A stretch of 64,000 nucleotides of DNA from Octopus bimaculoides (lineage: Eukaryota). The DNA is taken from NCBI RefSeq assembly GCF_001194135.2, contig NC_068985.1, positions 24,658,653 to 24,722,652 of the forward strand, written 5' to 3'. Numbering within the stretch: position 1 is the first letter of the stretch; the number at the start of each line of letters is the position of its first letter. Below the pieces are notes generated by a model that ran no database searches, was not told where the DNA came from, and was given only the letters and a program-made list of their open reading frames with translations. Below are positions 38,515 to 52,780 of the stretch, piece by piece. The translations under genes were made by a program, and so were the position numbers.

Positions 38515-38850
38515 TCATCATCATCATCGTTTAACGTCCGCTTTCCATGCTAGCATGGGTTGGACGATTTGACTGAGGACTGGTGAACCAGAAGGCTGCA
38601 CCAGGCTTCAATCTAATCTGGCAGAGTTTCTACAGCTGGATGCCCTTCCTAACGCCAACCACTCCGAGAGTGTAGTGGGGTGCTTTTACGTGCCACCAGC
38701 ACAAGGGCCAGTCACACGGTACTGGCAACGGCCACGCTCAAAAAGGTGTTTTTTACGTGCCACCTGCACAGGAGCCAGTCCAGCGGCACTGGCAACGACC
38801 TCTCTCAAATGATTTTCTAACGTGCCATAAGCACAAGTGCTAGAAGGCAA
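38515..38850 (-). mobile_element. SINE family D with (GAT)n tail. Other copies at about 475-660, 23040-23180, 24345-24720, 36540-36890, 41575-41900, 45635-45890, 57200-57550 and 58035-58290.
   Basis: catcatcatcgtttaacgtccgctttccatgctagcatgggttggacg terminus, repeated. Confidence 0.8.
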
Positions 38851-39126
38851 CGCTGGTAACGATATCAAAATATAAAATAATCCTTTTAACAAGCAGCAGC
38901 AGCCACTGGCACCATTTTATTTTAGGTAGGAATTTTCTTGTATTCTCATGAGTGCCACACATCCTCTTAATCAGTTAATTTTTTTTTTTTCAGTTGTACT
39001 TATCAGCTTAGGTGGAAGAAATCAAAACCTTGCTGACATTTATTTCAACCACACTTGATGGATATTAAAACAAATAAATTTGCATAAATAATTTTGAAAG
39101 GACATAAGCAAAAACCTGATACTCAC

Positions 39127-39172
39127 TCATTTTAATAGTTTTCCTTAAGTCTAGATGTTCCCATGTCTTTTC
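39127..39172 (-). CDS. ARAP: ARAP exon EKTWEHLDLRKTIKM(T) (PH4)
   Basis: ttacag/gtgagt, 46 nt; LDLRK resembles ARAP L-x-LRK. Confidence 0.88.
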
Positions 39173-39989
39173 CTGTAATAATTAACAACATAGTTCAGAC
39201 ATAATTATTACACTTTCAAAAAAATTTCAGAAACAAATACAAACAGAACAAAGAATCTAACAATCAAATCATATTCTTTTAAGAATTATGCAGTTTTCTT
39301 GCTAAGAAAAATGTAATTCATATACAGGAAGAATGTCATTCAAAATAGGAGAAAAATTCTTATGGTTTTTATGGTAAAGTACTTAAGTTAGAAACATTGA
39401 TAAATCATATATAATTGAATTGGTTTTACTGAGAAAATTCCTTATGAAATCTTTTAAATAAAGAAAATCATAGAATGTAGAAAATTTTGAAACATAAGTC
39501 TTAAAAATATACTAAGAGTTACTAAATAATTTCTTCTATAAATATGGTAGGGTAGAACTAATTAAATAATTTGGTCTTATTTTGCAGCCTTCAAATCAGA
39601 ATCCTCAATTAAGTACAACAGATTTCCCATTAAGATTCACACCAGGAAAAAAAATCAAACAATTCTCATTAGAGACCATTTCACTACACAGCAGACCAAA
39701 AATAACATTTTTCACATTAAGCATCATGTATAACATCTTTCCAATTATACACCAGACCAAGAACAACAAACTTCCCAATATAATAAGGGGCTGTAAATGC
39801 TGTGTGTACAGCTCTTTATCCAATAAAAACATTTCAAAAGAAAAATTACCCTTAGCCAAAAACAGCTTTTTTCCTTACCATACTCTGCATCATTATGTGC
39901 CAAGCAGTCCATATTATACTTAGCATCATAAATAACAAACTTCCTCCTAACAGATTCAATAAATTCTCAATTAATAACTTTAAACTTAC

Positions 39990-40046
39990 ATTTGTTAGAT
40001 ATGTTAAATCTTTTCCTGACACCATGATCCAGCTTTTGGTCCATTC
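39990..40046 (-). CDS. ARAP: ARAP exon EWTKSWIMVSGKDLTYLTN (PH4)
   Basis: ctacag/gtaagt, 57 nt, phase 0 to 0. Confidence 0.88.
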
Positions 40047-40671
40047 CTGTAGATTTCAAGCAAAACAAAAGTATATATATATATAACACTAAAAACTTCT
40101 AATATGGAAAACTAAAACAAATAATAAATTAATAAAAACTACATCCATTACATCAGTGGTCCTTCACTTGGGCTACAGAACCTCCTTGGTTGTAACGGAG
40201 GGGGAAGGTATTATGAGCTCACAAGGGAGGGGCAAGTGTCATGTGGCCTGCTCTCTGGTTGCTGTCTGTTTAGAGGGTGTTGTAATTTTTCTTAGAAATC
40301 AAATACTTAAGCCAGGTTCAATACTTATATCTGCTCTCTTTTACTAGTTTCAGTCACTGATCTGCAGCCATACTGATGCACTGCCTTAAAAGGTTTGGCC
40401 AAACAAATGGAAACCCCTAACCCNNNNNNNNNNNNNNNNNNNNNNNNNNNNNNNNNNNNNNNNNNNNNNNNNNNNNNNNNNNNNNNNNNNNNNNNNNNNN
40501 NNNNNNNNNNNNNNNNNNNNNNNNNNNNNNNNNNNNNNNNNNNNNNNNNNNNNNNNNNNNNNNNNNNNGAGAGGTGAGGGTGGTTTTTCTTTCAAACAAC
40601 TTTTGAAAGTGAATCACATACAGTTTAAGAAAGAGAGAAAAAAATTAATAAACTAACAAATGTAAACTTAC

Positions 40672-40758
40672 AATTCCATGCCATTTGATATAAAAGATGC
40701 CAGCAAGGTCAAACATGGATTCTGATATTTTTGAGAAACCTTCGTTTGGACTGAAAAC
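40672..40758 (-). CDS. ARAP: ARAP exon VFSPNEGFSKISESMFDLAGIFYIKWHGI (PH4 start)
   Basis: ttctag/gtaagt, 87 nt, phase 0 to 0. Confidence 0.88.
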
Positions 40759-42135
40759 CTAGAATATAAAATGAAAGTAATGGTTTTATTGTGTGTAGAG
40801 AGGTGAGGGTGGTTTTTCTTTCAAACAACTTTTGAAAGTGAATCACATACAGTTTAAGAAAGAGAGAAAAAAATTAAACAAGGGGAGAGAGTAGCAAGGT
40901 TTTAGAGTTACAGTAAGAGGTAATATTTAAAGCTATCAACTCTTTCAACACACCACCAAAAAATGTGACGATCATTGTCCATTTTAGCATCTGTCATTCC
41001 ATAGTAAAATGAGTTAAATGGTTCTCCATTATAGCATCATTTTACGCAACCTGAGCCAATGTCTTACCATCTGTGAAACCCAGCATTCTTAGATCAGATC
41101 TAATTACGTTATCTTCTGTCTACGTCTGCTTCGACTATTCTCCACCAAAGAGTCAATGAGGGAGTCACCTACAAGTCACTTTATCTACTAAGAATAGCAG
41201 CCACATATCTTTCAAATCACACCTTCTTGTTTACAAAAAAAAAAAAAAAATCAGACATCCTCCTACTCCCCCACTCACTCACAATGACACTGCCCAACTC
41301 ATTCCTACCCACCACATACCTTGAAAGTCAACCCTGTTACCTCATTGCCATTATTGTTATTGCTGTCTCCAGCTCCACCTGATTACTCCCATCCTTTCTT
41401 CTAATGCAAGGGTAACCATGTACCTCCTCTACAACATGAAACCCGTTCTACTCTGACCCTTTTCTCTTCAACTTTACCCCTCTCTATTCCTCACCTCCAA
41501 GCATAAAGTTGCTTCTCTCATAGCCCATAGCCCTGCAAGCTGCACACCAACTTCACTAGTGTTCATTATCATCATCATCTTCGTTTAACGTCCACCTTCC
41601 CTGATTGCATGGGTTGAATGGTTTGGCAGGAGCTAGCTAAGCAGAAGACTGCACCAACTTCTGTATCTGTTTTGGCATGGTTTTTATGGTTGGATGCCCT
41701 TCGTAACACCAACCAGCCCATAGAGTGGATTGAGTGCCTTTTACATGGCACCGGCACAGGTGATGTCAGTTTTGGCATGGTTTTTATAGCTGGACGCCCT
41801 TCCAAACCCAGTACATCTGTAAAGTGGTTAGTGTTAGGGAGGGTATTCAACCACAGAAACCATGCCAAGGCAGACACCGGAGTGTGATGCAGTCCTTTGA
41901 CCTATCAAACCTTGGTGATGGTGGCAACAGCAATGATAAATTGAATAATAGACTGCTTGATACACTGTTAAAAAAATGGAATGGTCACAGAGAGAATATT
42001 CCTGATCATTACACAATCAGAGTTGACCTAAAGGTAAATAACAATTTTCCAGCTTGAATTCATGCCATCATTTTGCTCCCCAAACACAACAATATATGCA
42101 AAGGAACCCAATTGATTTCTCTGTTGTCAACTAAC

Positions 42136-42244
42136 CTTCGCTATTGCCTGCATCCATTTCGTCTGTTCTTCTAATTCATCCGTAGCAAACTGGTAAATTC
42201 TGTTGTTGTTTTGTGTTGTGCTAAGCTCAAAGGAATGTTTATAT
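42136..42244 (-). CDS. ARAP: ARAP exon YKHSFELSTTQNNNRIYQFATDELEEQTKWMQAIAK (PH3 end)
   Basis: tcttcag/gttagt, 109 nt; PH C-terminal helix with conserved W. Confidence 0.93.
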
Positions 42245-43437
42245 CTGAAGACAAAACAATAATCATTAAAGACAATTATTAAAGAATTTACATTTATTCA
42301 AATGTAAAAGTATTAGTTAATGCAAAAGATGGAACACTATGGCTGTTCATTCACACAAATATACAGACAATAGCAAAAAATTTTAGTAACATTGGTTTCA
42401 AATTTTGGCACAAAGCCAGCAAGTTTGGAGGAGGAGTTAAGTCGATTACATCAACCCCACAGCTCAACGGGTACTTATGTTATTGACCACCGAGAGGAGG
42501 AAAGGCAAAGTTGACCTCAGCGGAATTTGAGCTCTTATTTCCTTACTACCCACAAGGGGACAAACAAGGACACACAAAGGGATCAAGTCGATTACATTGA
42601 CCCCAGTGCGTAACTGGTACTTAATTTATTGACCCTGAAAGGTTGAAAGGCAAAGTCGACCTCAGCAGAATTTGAACTCAGAACGTAATGGCAGATGAAA
42701 TATCGCTAAGCATCTCGCCCACCGTGCTAACAGTTCTGCTAGCTTGCCACTTTAGCAATAATAATAATATAAAGCAGAATGGCAGATGGCCACATGCTCT
42801 CACAATACCATACAAGAATGTATATAAATATACATGACTGATGAATTATTAAGGATGTATTTTTTCCTCTGTTTAACTTTCATACACGTTGAGGCTAAGG
42901 CTTCTATTGGTCAGTCACGGTTGACCATGTATCGCCATCTAGAAACGTACTTTCAAAGCTGCAAAGATGAGTTTTTTTTTTTTTTTGGTTTTAAATTTGT
43001 CTTTTCTTTTTATGGATGATCAGTTTTGTCTTTTATCCCTCACAATAATCATCATTTAACATCCATTGTTCATGCTATCATGGATTGGATGGTGTGACTA
43101 GAGCTGACAACCTGGAGGGCAACCAGAGCTGGCAACAGTTGTCTTGACACTGTGATGGTTGTAAACAAGCATCACTATCATATGAGTGAGGTTGTTTGTT
43201 TCCAGTCTTCCATAGAAAACATATCTGGGCATGGGAAATATCAATTTGCTTGGGAAGAGGTGAAGGTTGACAACAGTAAGGTCATCTAGTCATAGAAAAT
43301 CTGCTTCAACAAATTGTGTTTGATCCATGCAAGAATGGAAAAGTTAAAAGGTAATGAAGAAGACATAGTTTAGAATATATTTAAAAAACAAAACAAAAAC
43401 CCAAATTGCATAAAAGAAAGATGCCAACAATATTTAC

Positions 43438-43505
43438 TTTTCTGTATGTGTTGCCTGTATAACCAGCATCTGGGTGTTTTCAATGCTACCACGTGCAGCA
43501 GTATT
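43438..43505 (-). CDS. ARAP: ARAP exon NTAARGSIENTQMLVIQATHTE(K) (PH3)
   Basis: ttctag/gtaaat, 68 nt, phase 0 to 2. Confidence 0.85.
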
Positions 43506-44965
43506 CTAGAAAATGAAATTGAAACAAAGATTTATAATCATAGTTAAACATACACAGCCCAACTTTTTACTTTTAATATGAATACCTCATACATAGGGCC
43601 TATAAGAAGAGGTGGTTTCTACCACTGCATTGAAGTCTGCAATCTTGAAAGCTAAAGAAAAGCCTGTAGAGAACTCTCCTTCATATGCCAAAACACAAAA
43701 GCATCTCACAGTCCCTATGAATTCTGAGAAGAATCCTCCACTAACAAGGCCTGAAAACAGTCTTGCTCCACCTTACAAAATTTCTTTCCAAGATTCTGCT
43801 TATATATAAGATACAATAAAGCAAAACCTAACTTTTTAGGATCTAGTGCAGGAGCCTGTATGTTGTCATTCAACATGCCACAGATAGCAGTCAACCTTCC
43901 TTAAATGGCATCCTATTACCTTCTGAGAAAAGAACAGATGGAACAATGTGGTTCTTGATGCATTGTTCCTAGAGAAAATGTGAGATGGTCACATTTTATC
44001 ACAGAATTACACTATCAGGGTTACTATGATGTTAAAAAATAACAACATACCCATATTTTGATTTACATTGGCTTCTTATAGACATGATAGCAGAGATTTT
44101 TATTTAATAAAAACTAAAGGAGTAGTATGCTATGATATTTAGACAAATCTCAAAGGTATTAGAGACTTAACCGAAGAAAATGGCCCCATCTAAAAATTAA
44201 AATCAGTTCAAAGGTTCTTTTTCCTACAAACTTATAAGTTTTGCTCCCCTCATAAAGCATTTGTTTTTGTTAGCAGCACCAGTTGCAGTGAAATCGAGCA
44301 AACCAATAATTAGTTCTAATTTCTGATTTATGATTAAGCAGAAGAGAGAAATCTGCCCTTAGAGAAACTAGCAGTATCACATAATTTCCCCATGAGAGGA
44401 ACCACTGCTTATAGTTTTGAGTTATACCAGCATAAGGTACCTAGTCACAGATAGATGTATTTGGCGTGGTTTAACACAAATTTCAGCTAAAGCATACAAA
44501 CATTGACCTTTCTTTCAATTAGTTATTTGCTACCATACTGATGCAGTCATTTATATTATCATATATGAATACAGATCCCTGAGAGCTATACTAGCAGAGC
44601 ACAATCTCCTTGTACGGCCTCCCATGCTGGACAGGTCAAAAGATAGAGGCCAGGCTGATATGGTCTACCTGTTTCCAGAGGTAAAAATGAGTTACATATG
44701 GACAATGCTCCTAACTAGTACAAAGCAAAGTTACAGAAACATCTATAACAATTCAAAACCACTAAGAACAGGGAGATGACAGCCCAGAGATGAGAAAAGT
44801 GGAACAAAGCCACTGATGGCCTACTCTCCAGAGAGAGGAAAGAGCTTAAATCATTTACCTCTACAACATATAAAAAAGAAAATTCACCCATGTGTTAAGG
44901 CACAAAGTATATTTTGAAATATTCAAGTTCAATAGTAATCAGTAGATTAAATCCATGCTACATAC

Positions 44966-45027
44966 CTTTTTGTCAGCGTAATAACTAAGTCGACCATGTT
45001 CTAGCAGACACCACCTCCGAAGAAAGT
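44966..45027 (-). CDS. ARAP: ARAP exon (D)FLRRWCLLEHGRLSYYADKK (PH3)
   Basis: ttccag/gtatgt, 62 nt; RRWC-L-x-x-G-x-LSY PH motif. Confidence 0.93.
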
Positions 45028-45289
45028 CTGGAATTAACATCAGTAAAAGCTTTTAATAATAAAAAGACTTACATTTGAAATAATGATCTCAATTAGTTTT
45101 TATATTTCATATCTAGTTATTTCAATCAAATTATTTTTTATATATAATACAATTGCGGAGAAATATTTTATTTTGAGCATTTTTAATTATATTAAAGAAA
45201 AATAATTTGCTTTTCCAGTATTTTACATTTGCAAATGGATAGTGATGCCAATGAAAGTAAAGAAGCCAGTATGCTTGCTGGATGGGTAA

Positions 45290-45570
45290 TGTCAGTGGAC
45301 ATTATACAACAGAGTGTAAGTGATTTGAGAGGAAAACTGGATATACGAAGCATCAGATGTCGAGTGCAAGAGAGAAGGCTGCACTGGTACGGTTATGTGA
45401 TACATATGACTGATCACTAATTGTGGAGAGAACATATGGAAGGAGTAGACTTCGGAAGATGTGGGATGAAGTGGTGAGAAAGGATCTTAAAATGTTGAGC
45501 CTCACAGAAGAAATGACAAGGGACCAAGACTTCTGGTAGTTTGCTGTGCTTGTGAAGACACATCAAGGTA
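45290..45570 (+). mobile_element. RTE-like LINE 3' end fragment
   Basis: LRGKLDIRSIRCRVQERRLHWYGYVIHM...KDLKMLSLTEEMTRD. Confidence 0.7.
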
Positions 45571-46586
45571 AGTGAAACTGTGGTTGTCCTTGCATGTAGG
45601 CATGTCCCCCTGCATAACTCTTCAGCTGAGAGAGCTTAATCTTCTAGGCTCGTGGGTGCTGGTGCCATGTAAAAAGCACCCGTGGAAATTCCATGAAGAA
45701 GCACTTGTGTCAGTGGTGCATAGAAGCATCCAATACATTCTGTAAAGTGGTTGGCATTAGGAAGGACCTCTAGCCATAGAAACCATGCCAAAACAAACAT
45801 GGGGCCTGGGGAGCTCTCCAGCTGGCCAGCTACTGTCAAACTGTCCAACACATACCAGCATAGAAAATGGATGTTAAACAATAATGATGATAACGTCTCT
45901 TTTTGTCTTCTTACAAATGTTTTGTTGTTTTAAAATGTATGAAGATATATGATTCTTCGTGTGCTAATACAGTGGATATCACTTATTGTGATTACTTTGG
46001 GATGATGACTATTCGAAAACAACGAGCTGATAATATAAAGCAAATAAAGAGTTTGGGATTTGCTAAATTTTATAACAATAGCCTGTTGGTAGCATTATCT
46101 GTTATAATTAACAGCTTCAAATGTAGACAGATGACAGACAATGATAATTAAAGAACATGGATGTGAGGGGAAAACTCACTCAAGATAGAAAACACTAGTG
46201 AAAGAGTTTTTACTTGATTGCATAACCTGCTAGATATAGCAACCAAATATCTTTAAAGTTACACACTTTATAAAATGAGAAGTGAACATTGAATAATGCG
46301 GTCCTGGTTGTGTTATGTCAAGGGAAAATACCTGAAAATCACATCTGGGTTAGGTGAATACACACATTTAAGACACTGTTTTACAGCCAAATACCCTTCC
46401 TGCTATTAACGGTCAGCTGTTTTCTCAAGTGAGAGTTTTAATTCTTTCTTTGCATCCCAAAGTGTAGAGCTCACAGATAATTTGTCGACAAGTAAATGAC
46501 AACAGACAGAACCATCTGTAGGTCAGCAATTTTACATGCAATTTCAGAAGGTGAAGACACACACATAACAGACATGCACGCGCACA

Positions 46587-46645
<59 letters not shown>

Positions 46646-47289
46646 GTGTGTGAGTATGATAACAGGCTGTCCGCACAGTTGGTAGTTACCATATATCTTA
46701 TTCATTCAGAAGACATTGGTCAACCAAGGGCTACAGTAAAAGACACTTACTCAAGGTGTCACTCAGTAGGGCTGAATCTCAAACCATGTGGTACCAAAGC
46801 AAATTTCTTAACCACATGTTTTCAGGTTCAATTCTACTTAATAGCAACTTGGGTGAATATATGCTACAAAAACTTATCCATTGTCCTTTTCACTTCCATG
46901 TTAGAAGCTGCAATGAATACGTACTAGACTTCCAAAAATTACATGTACAAGGGTCGATTTGAGTAAAAGACCATTTAAGACTGTGCTTCAACATAATTAC
47001 CATAACGTGGAGGATCTCTGTTTAACAAATTCCTTTCAAGTTCAATCAGAATCAATTTTTACAATATAATTACTAAGATTGAATTAAGAAATCACAAATT
47101 TTGTCATTGATTAAATTTTTAGTATGATTTCATAAATGCCAAAGAAGCAAATATTATTTCAAAAATAAAACCAGTAATCTTCTTTACAAGAATTACAGGT
47201 AAACAAAAGCATTTTGAAACAACAATGTCAGTCAAAAGAAAAAGGTTAGTGAAGCAAAATCAGAATACTTCATGAACACGAACAACAAG

Positions 47290-47326
<37 letters not shown>

Positions 47327-47354
47327 TAAAAATAACAATAATAATAATAATATT

Positions 47355-47905
47355 AATATATGCCCTGATGCAGTACCAGACATTGGCTCTCATGGCTTCT
47401 GATCTTAACTGATTGGAAGTGTTATCATGTACATCGTTTTGTCTTGATACAAAAGATGGGCTACAGCAAATATTCTGCTCAGTACCACAGATTTGCTTGT
47501 CAGTTGTTTGACCTTAACCAGTTGAGCATGTCCCTTAGTGGCTGACGATATGTGCATCTCTGATCACAAACAAAAGTAGTCGGGAAACATCATAGTCATG
47601 TGTTGAGAGGAATTCTTTACAGATTTAAATAATTCATCTCTGGAAACATAGGCGTTTTTTTTTTTCAACATCCTTAAACAAACCTTATTCAAAGACCTTT
47701 TGAACAGGGTGGGCTACTCAACCTGAAGAAAATTCTAACTAGGCCCCCACCTGCAAGGTCATGCGCTGTTTATTTTGACATGAGATCACCATGTTGCATA
47801 CATATGGTTGTGATGCATGTGCACGGGTAGTTATGATGGGTATACTGGGCTTCATATATTTTACCCCAGTGTCACTTTGATTGCATGCACTGCTCTCTCA
47901 CATAA
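47355..47905. mobile_element. Non-coding interspersed repeat bounded by (TAA)n (copy 2, longer)
   Basis: Shares cagcaaatattctg...ccccagtgtcactttga with 4990-5470; (TAA)n on both sides. Confidence 0.7.
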
Positions 47906-50609
47906 TAATAATAATAACTTCAGATTTTGTCACAAGGGCAGTAATTATGCAGGAGGGGGATGAGTCGATTTCATCAACCTCAGTGTTTAACTGGTACTTA
48001 TTTTATCCACCCTGAAAGGATGGAAGGTAAAGTTGACCTCGGCGGAATTTGAATTCAGAATGTTAAGACAAAATGTTGCTAAGCATTTTGTATGACATGC
48101 TAACAATTCTGCCTGCTTACTATCTTCTTAATAATAATAATAATAATAATAATGATGATGATGATGACAATGATGATGATGATGATGAAATTGTAAGCTA
48201 CTGTAATTAATAGCAGAAAAAACGACACTTATTAAATGATTATTAGTAGCATAAATAATTATTAAAATTTTTATTGCTTCATTTTGCCTTTGCATAGTTT
48301 TTTTTTTTTTTACTCTTCTCATTGTTAAATAAGCAGTGGATTGAATTAAAATTCTAATGGTAAATACACTGGCATAGAAGAGGTCACCACTGAATGCAAT
48401 AAAACAGACAGAAAAAGCAACATATTCAGAAATCTACAGGAAGAGATGGTCATCTCATTAGCTTTACCTATTAAACGAGCATTAAATGAATATATCAAAG
48501 GTCATATAGGAATATGCACCATATAGTTAAACCAATAGAATGCTACAGGATGGTTTAGTTTGAAATAATTATGAACCAATTTAAAATTCAAATTCAATTT
48601 GGAAATTGTATGAAAAGTAGATTAAGGAGTAAGTGCAAATTTTTGTGATATTTTATGCTATATTATACAATACTGACAATATAGTACAATGTAATGTAAT
48701 CACATTGAATATTGAACAAACAACTCATTCAGAGCTCTTTAAATGATAAAAAAAAATAACAACAATTAACCCATTAACCCATTTTTTACCATATTTCTAT
48801 ATTCCTACAATACTTGTTTAATTAACTTTGGAAATAAGGAAGAATTTAGTAAAAATTAATTCTATCATTATTAAGATGGTGTTTGAAATTAGCACAAAAT
48901 TTTGATGAAGGATTTTTTTTTTTAAACAAAACATTTTATATCATAAAAAACGAGGGGGTTGTGCTATCTTAGGCAGGTTGGCATCATAAGGGTTGAACAT
49001 ATGATGCATTTAACCATTCTAATACCAACATACATAAATGACAAGCAACTTGTAATTTATTTTTTAACTTGTTTCATTTCTAACTGTATTTTCATTCCTT
49101 TTATTCAGATAGATAGATTTTTATAAAACTTTTACAATCACTTTAGTTAAATTTTTTTTTTTTTTTTCATTGAGCCCTAAAACTCATAAAGTTAGTTAAT
49201 CAGTATCCATAGCATGTATCTGACCAAGATCACATTCTCTTTGAATAAGACATCAATCCATCACAGGGTCCAAAAACCAGCAATTTTTTAAGGAAGACAG
49301 TCACTTGATTGCATCAACCCTGGTACTGGACAAGCACTTTATTTTATCAACCCCAAAGGAATGAATGGCAAAGTTGACCTCAACAGGATTTGAATGAGAA
49401 TGTAGAGAGCTGAAAGAAATGATGCTAAGCATTTTGTCTGACATGCTAATGATTCTACCACCTCACCACCTTATACATTCACTGCGTGATTTACCTATAA
49501 TTGCTACTTGGAAAGGAATAGTGAACAAGAAACTTAAGGAACTGACTATAAACAAATCAGGATTTGCTAGATGAAGGTTAACATTAATAATGATATAATA
49601 TATGTGTCTAACTATCAAACAGAATCAGTGAAATAGAATTTGATTATCTTATAATAATTAAGGATATCAATGGAAGGCTTTACATTTCTGAATGAAAATA
49701 TTTCAAGAAAGATACTATTAATCTCTCTCCCTCACACACACAAGTCTAAAATAAAACTTATAGTATACCTATATAATATATAAAATAAAATATATGATAT
49801 AGAAATTCCAACTAACAGACCACAATCTACACAATTTTATTCTCAAAGAGATGAGAAATTTTCCTAGATTCAGATAGAACATTGCACAGACATGAAATAT
49901 AGAAAAAAAAAAAAAAGTTTTAGAATATCGAAGGAACAGAAAAATGAATGCAAAAAGAAAAAAAAAAGAATTTTCCTCCGAAAATAACAAGAGATCTGGG
50001 GTTTTTTTGTTAGTATTTACTCATCTAAATATATTCACTCATGCCAAAACATGCCTTGCTGCCTCTTTCAATGGTAAGAAAGAAGAAACGTCATATCATG
50101 CACATATATTCGGTAATGCATCAGATTATAGTTTAGTACCACTCTGAATAAATCACNNNNNNNNNNNNNNNNNNNNNNNNNNNNNNNNNNNNNNNNNNNN
50201 NNNNNNNNNNNNNNNNNNNNNNNNNNNNNNNNTGTGTGTGCGTGTGTGATATTCTAAAATAAAATTTCTGAAAGTTTTATTCTAAGAATGTTACTTCCAT
50301 AAAAGATCAAATCTATATTCGAGAAGTTAAAACTTTCTCTCTTCTTTCACTAGGATGACCCCCCACCCACCCACAAAAAAAAAGAATGGGTATATGAAAT
50401 GCTATATGAAATGTAATAAGCTGTATTTCTGTTTTTTTTTTTTAATATTCTATATAAAAGACAGTCAAAGAAAAAATTTTGTATTGGGAAATTTGTATAC
50501 CAAAGCCAAGTAGTATGGTTAAGAATTCTCAGTCACAGTTCAATCCAACTAAGCAATACCTTAAGCATGTATCTTCTATCACAGCTTCAACCTCAATCAG
50601 GGCTTCACT

Positions 50610-51660
50610 TCTTAAGGAGAACCCCCTCCCAAGACTCCTTCCACTGTCGTCTGCCTCTAGCCAGCTATGGCCATGTAGGCTACAGGTAGAGGGTGAGATC
50701 ATCTCACCATCTTGTCTTTGGTCAGCCTCTTGATTTTGTACCTTGTTTTGGTATGTTTCATCAAACTGATTGTCCATCTGTTGTTCTTCAGTTGTGTGAT
50801 GTGGCCAACCCATTTATATCTGTTCTCTTTGATAGTCTTTATGATGTCATTGACTCTCATGTGCTGTCAAATCCAGGCATTGGTTTTCTTGTCCCTAAGT
50901 GTGATGCTGAGCAGGATTTTATTGGGCTACAATGAGGGTGTTCAAGATAGTAGTTTCAAGAGCCCATGTTTCACTACTGTAAATCATCACTGGCAGGATG
51001 CACTTATTGAAGATCTTGCTTTTGATTTTCATAGAAGCCTTGGAACTTCTAATGAGGTTTTCCTTCTTCCCAAATGCTGCCCAAGCAAGCGCTATTTTTC
51101 TCTTGACTTCTGAGAGGAGATTTCCAGCATTTTCCAGCATTTTCTTCAGATAAATGTAGTCATCTACCTCTTCAATGGGCTTGCTGTTTATATTGACAGA
51201 TACTGGTGTAGTATGCCTGTTCAACATGACCTTGGTCTTTCCAAGGTTCATGCTGAGGCCAACATGTTGGATTGCAGTGTAGATATTGGTGAGCATTTCC
51301 CTCAGTTCCTTGGGTGTATGTGCTGTAAAGATGATATCATCTGCAACATCCAGGTGGCATAGCTGTTCTCCATCAATGTTGATGCCTTTCTTGTTCAATT
51401 GGATTCTGTTGATGACAGCATCTTGCAAGCATGGTACAAACAACTTTGGTGAGATGTTGTTGCCTTGCCTTGCCCCTCTCTCCAATTTGATCTTATCACT
51501 GTCTTAGTGACGCCTAAGAGTTGATGTTGCACTACTTTGAAGATCTTTCAGTACTGCAATGTGAGCAGGGTCTACACCATGGTCCTTCAGTGTTGTAAGG
51601 AGCAGTATGAATTCTTATAGTTAACAAAGGTAAAGCAATATGTCATACTTTGAATGTTAC
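50610..51660 (-). mobile_element. RTE-clade LINE reverse transcriptase fragment (inactive)
   Basis: ORF 50919-51485: RGARQGNNISPKLF...LCHLDVADDI...GLSMNLGKTKVM...YSSETWAL; downstream KWVGHI; YADD motif decayed to VADD. Confidence 0.9.
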
Positions 51661-52747
51661 CTAGCACTAGCGGGAAACACTGATAGTAAAATGAACACAA
51701 CCAAAGTCATAAGAAGAAATACTTTTGAGTGAATTGCAGAGAGTCAACTAATAAATGGTGTTGGTTACATTGTGTTAGAAACTATATACAAAATAATATA
51801 GCTATAAGTGTACTGAGAGTTACAACTGATTATAATGATATGGCTCTTGGCCTGCTTAACTTTCAGTGTCTCAGTCCATCTTGATATATAAATGTACAAT
51901 GAGAAAGTACAACTTATTAGCTTAGTTCCTGGACAAGTGTATAAAACTGAAGTGCTGAGCATAAATCTTGTTATTAACCAACAGTAAGAATAGTTAATAA
52001 ATGAAGACCAAAAAATATTTATAAATAATTTGATCTAAAATTATAAACAAAAGACGTGTATGCTGGTGCTTGTGGAATGAAATAAGAGACTAGTGTTTCA
52101 AGAAGAAAAGAATCACCTAAAACATTTCCAATCTAATTCTTGCCAATGGAAACCATCACTCACCTACCAAGACTAATTCTTATATAAGTGAACTAGAGAA
52201 CCGCTGCATGGTGACTCAACCTGTAAGAAATAGCAGCTAAATTACCACCTCAAATTACAATTTACTATTTTTAAAAATGTGAGAGAATACATTAGATAAC
52301 ATAGTCCTAGATACACAAAGTCCAAGAAAAAAAAAGAAAAAACCTGGACTACATTTTAGTACAGGTCTGCTTGATCTGAGATGACCTGAGATGACAACTA
52401 CTCTTCAACATTGATTGGGTCTTTCTTGTGTTTTTAAATTAATTCTCATTGTTTTTCTAAATATCCAGAGTGATATCAAACATAGTGTGAAGTGGTTGGT
52501 GAATAAAGGGAGACATATTACAAGCAGAAAAGGCTAGGTTGTAAAAGGTCAGACAGAGGGATGTTCAAAGACAGCCATAAAAAAAAAATTAAAGAATTAG
52601 GAAATGCAGGATTTTATTTTCTTGAAATTTTTATGACAGCCAAAATTATTCAGAAGGTATTTATTTATCTACAGTTTTTTTCCTACTCATTTAGAAGAAT
52701 AATTTGGTAAGTAAAATATAGCAATATCAGCTGGATGAAGGCCTTAC

Positions 52748-52780
52748 CACGGGATTTGATCAATACAGATGCACGTTTTT
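52748..52780 (-). CDS. ARAP: ARAP micro-exon (E)KRASVLIKSR(D)
   Basis: ttttctccag/gtaagg, 33 nt, phase 1 to 1, bridges both neighbours in frame. Confidence 0.8.

Noticed and set aside
39605-39859. 84-aa minus-strand ORF inside the gene
   Set aside because: Not needed for frame continuity, no good splice sites, no motif.
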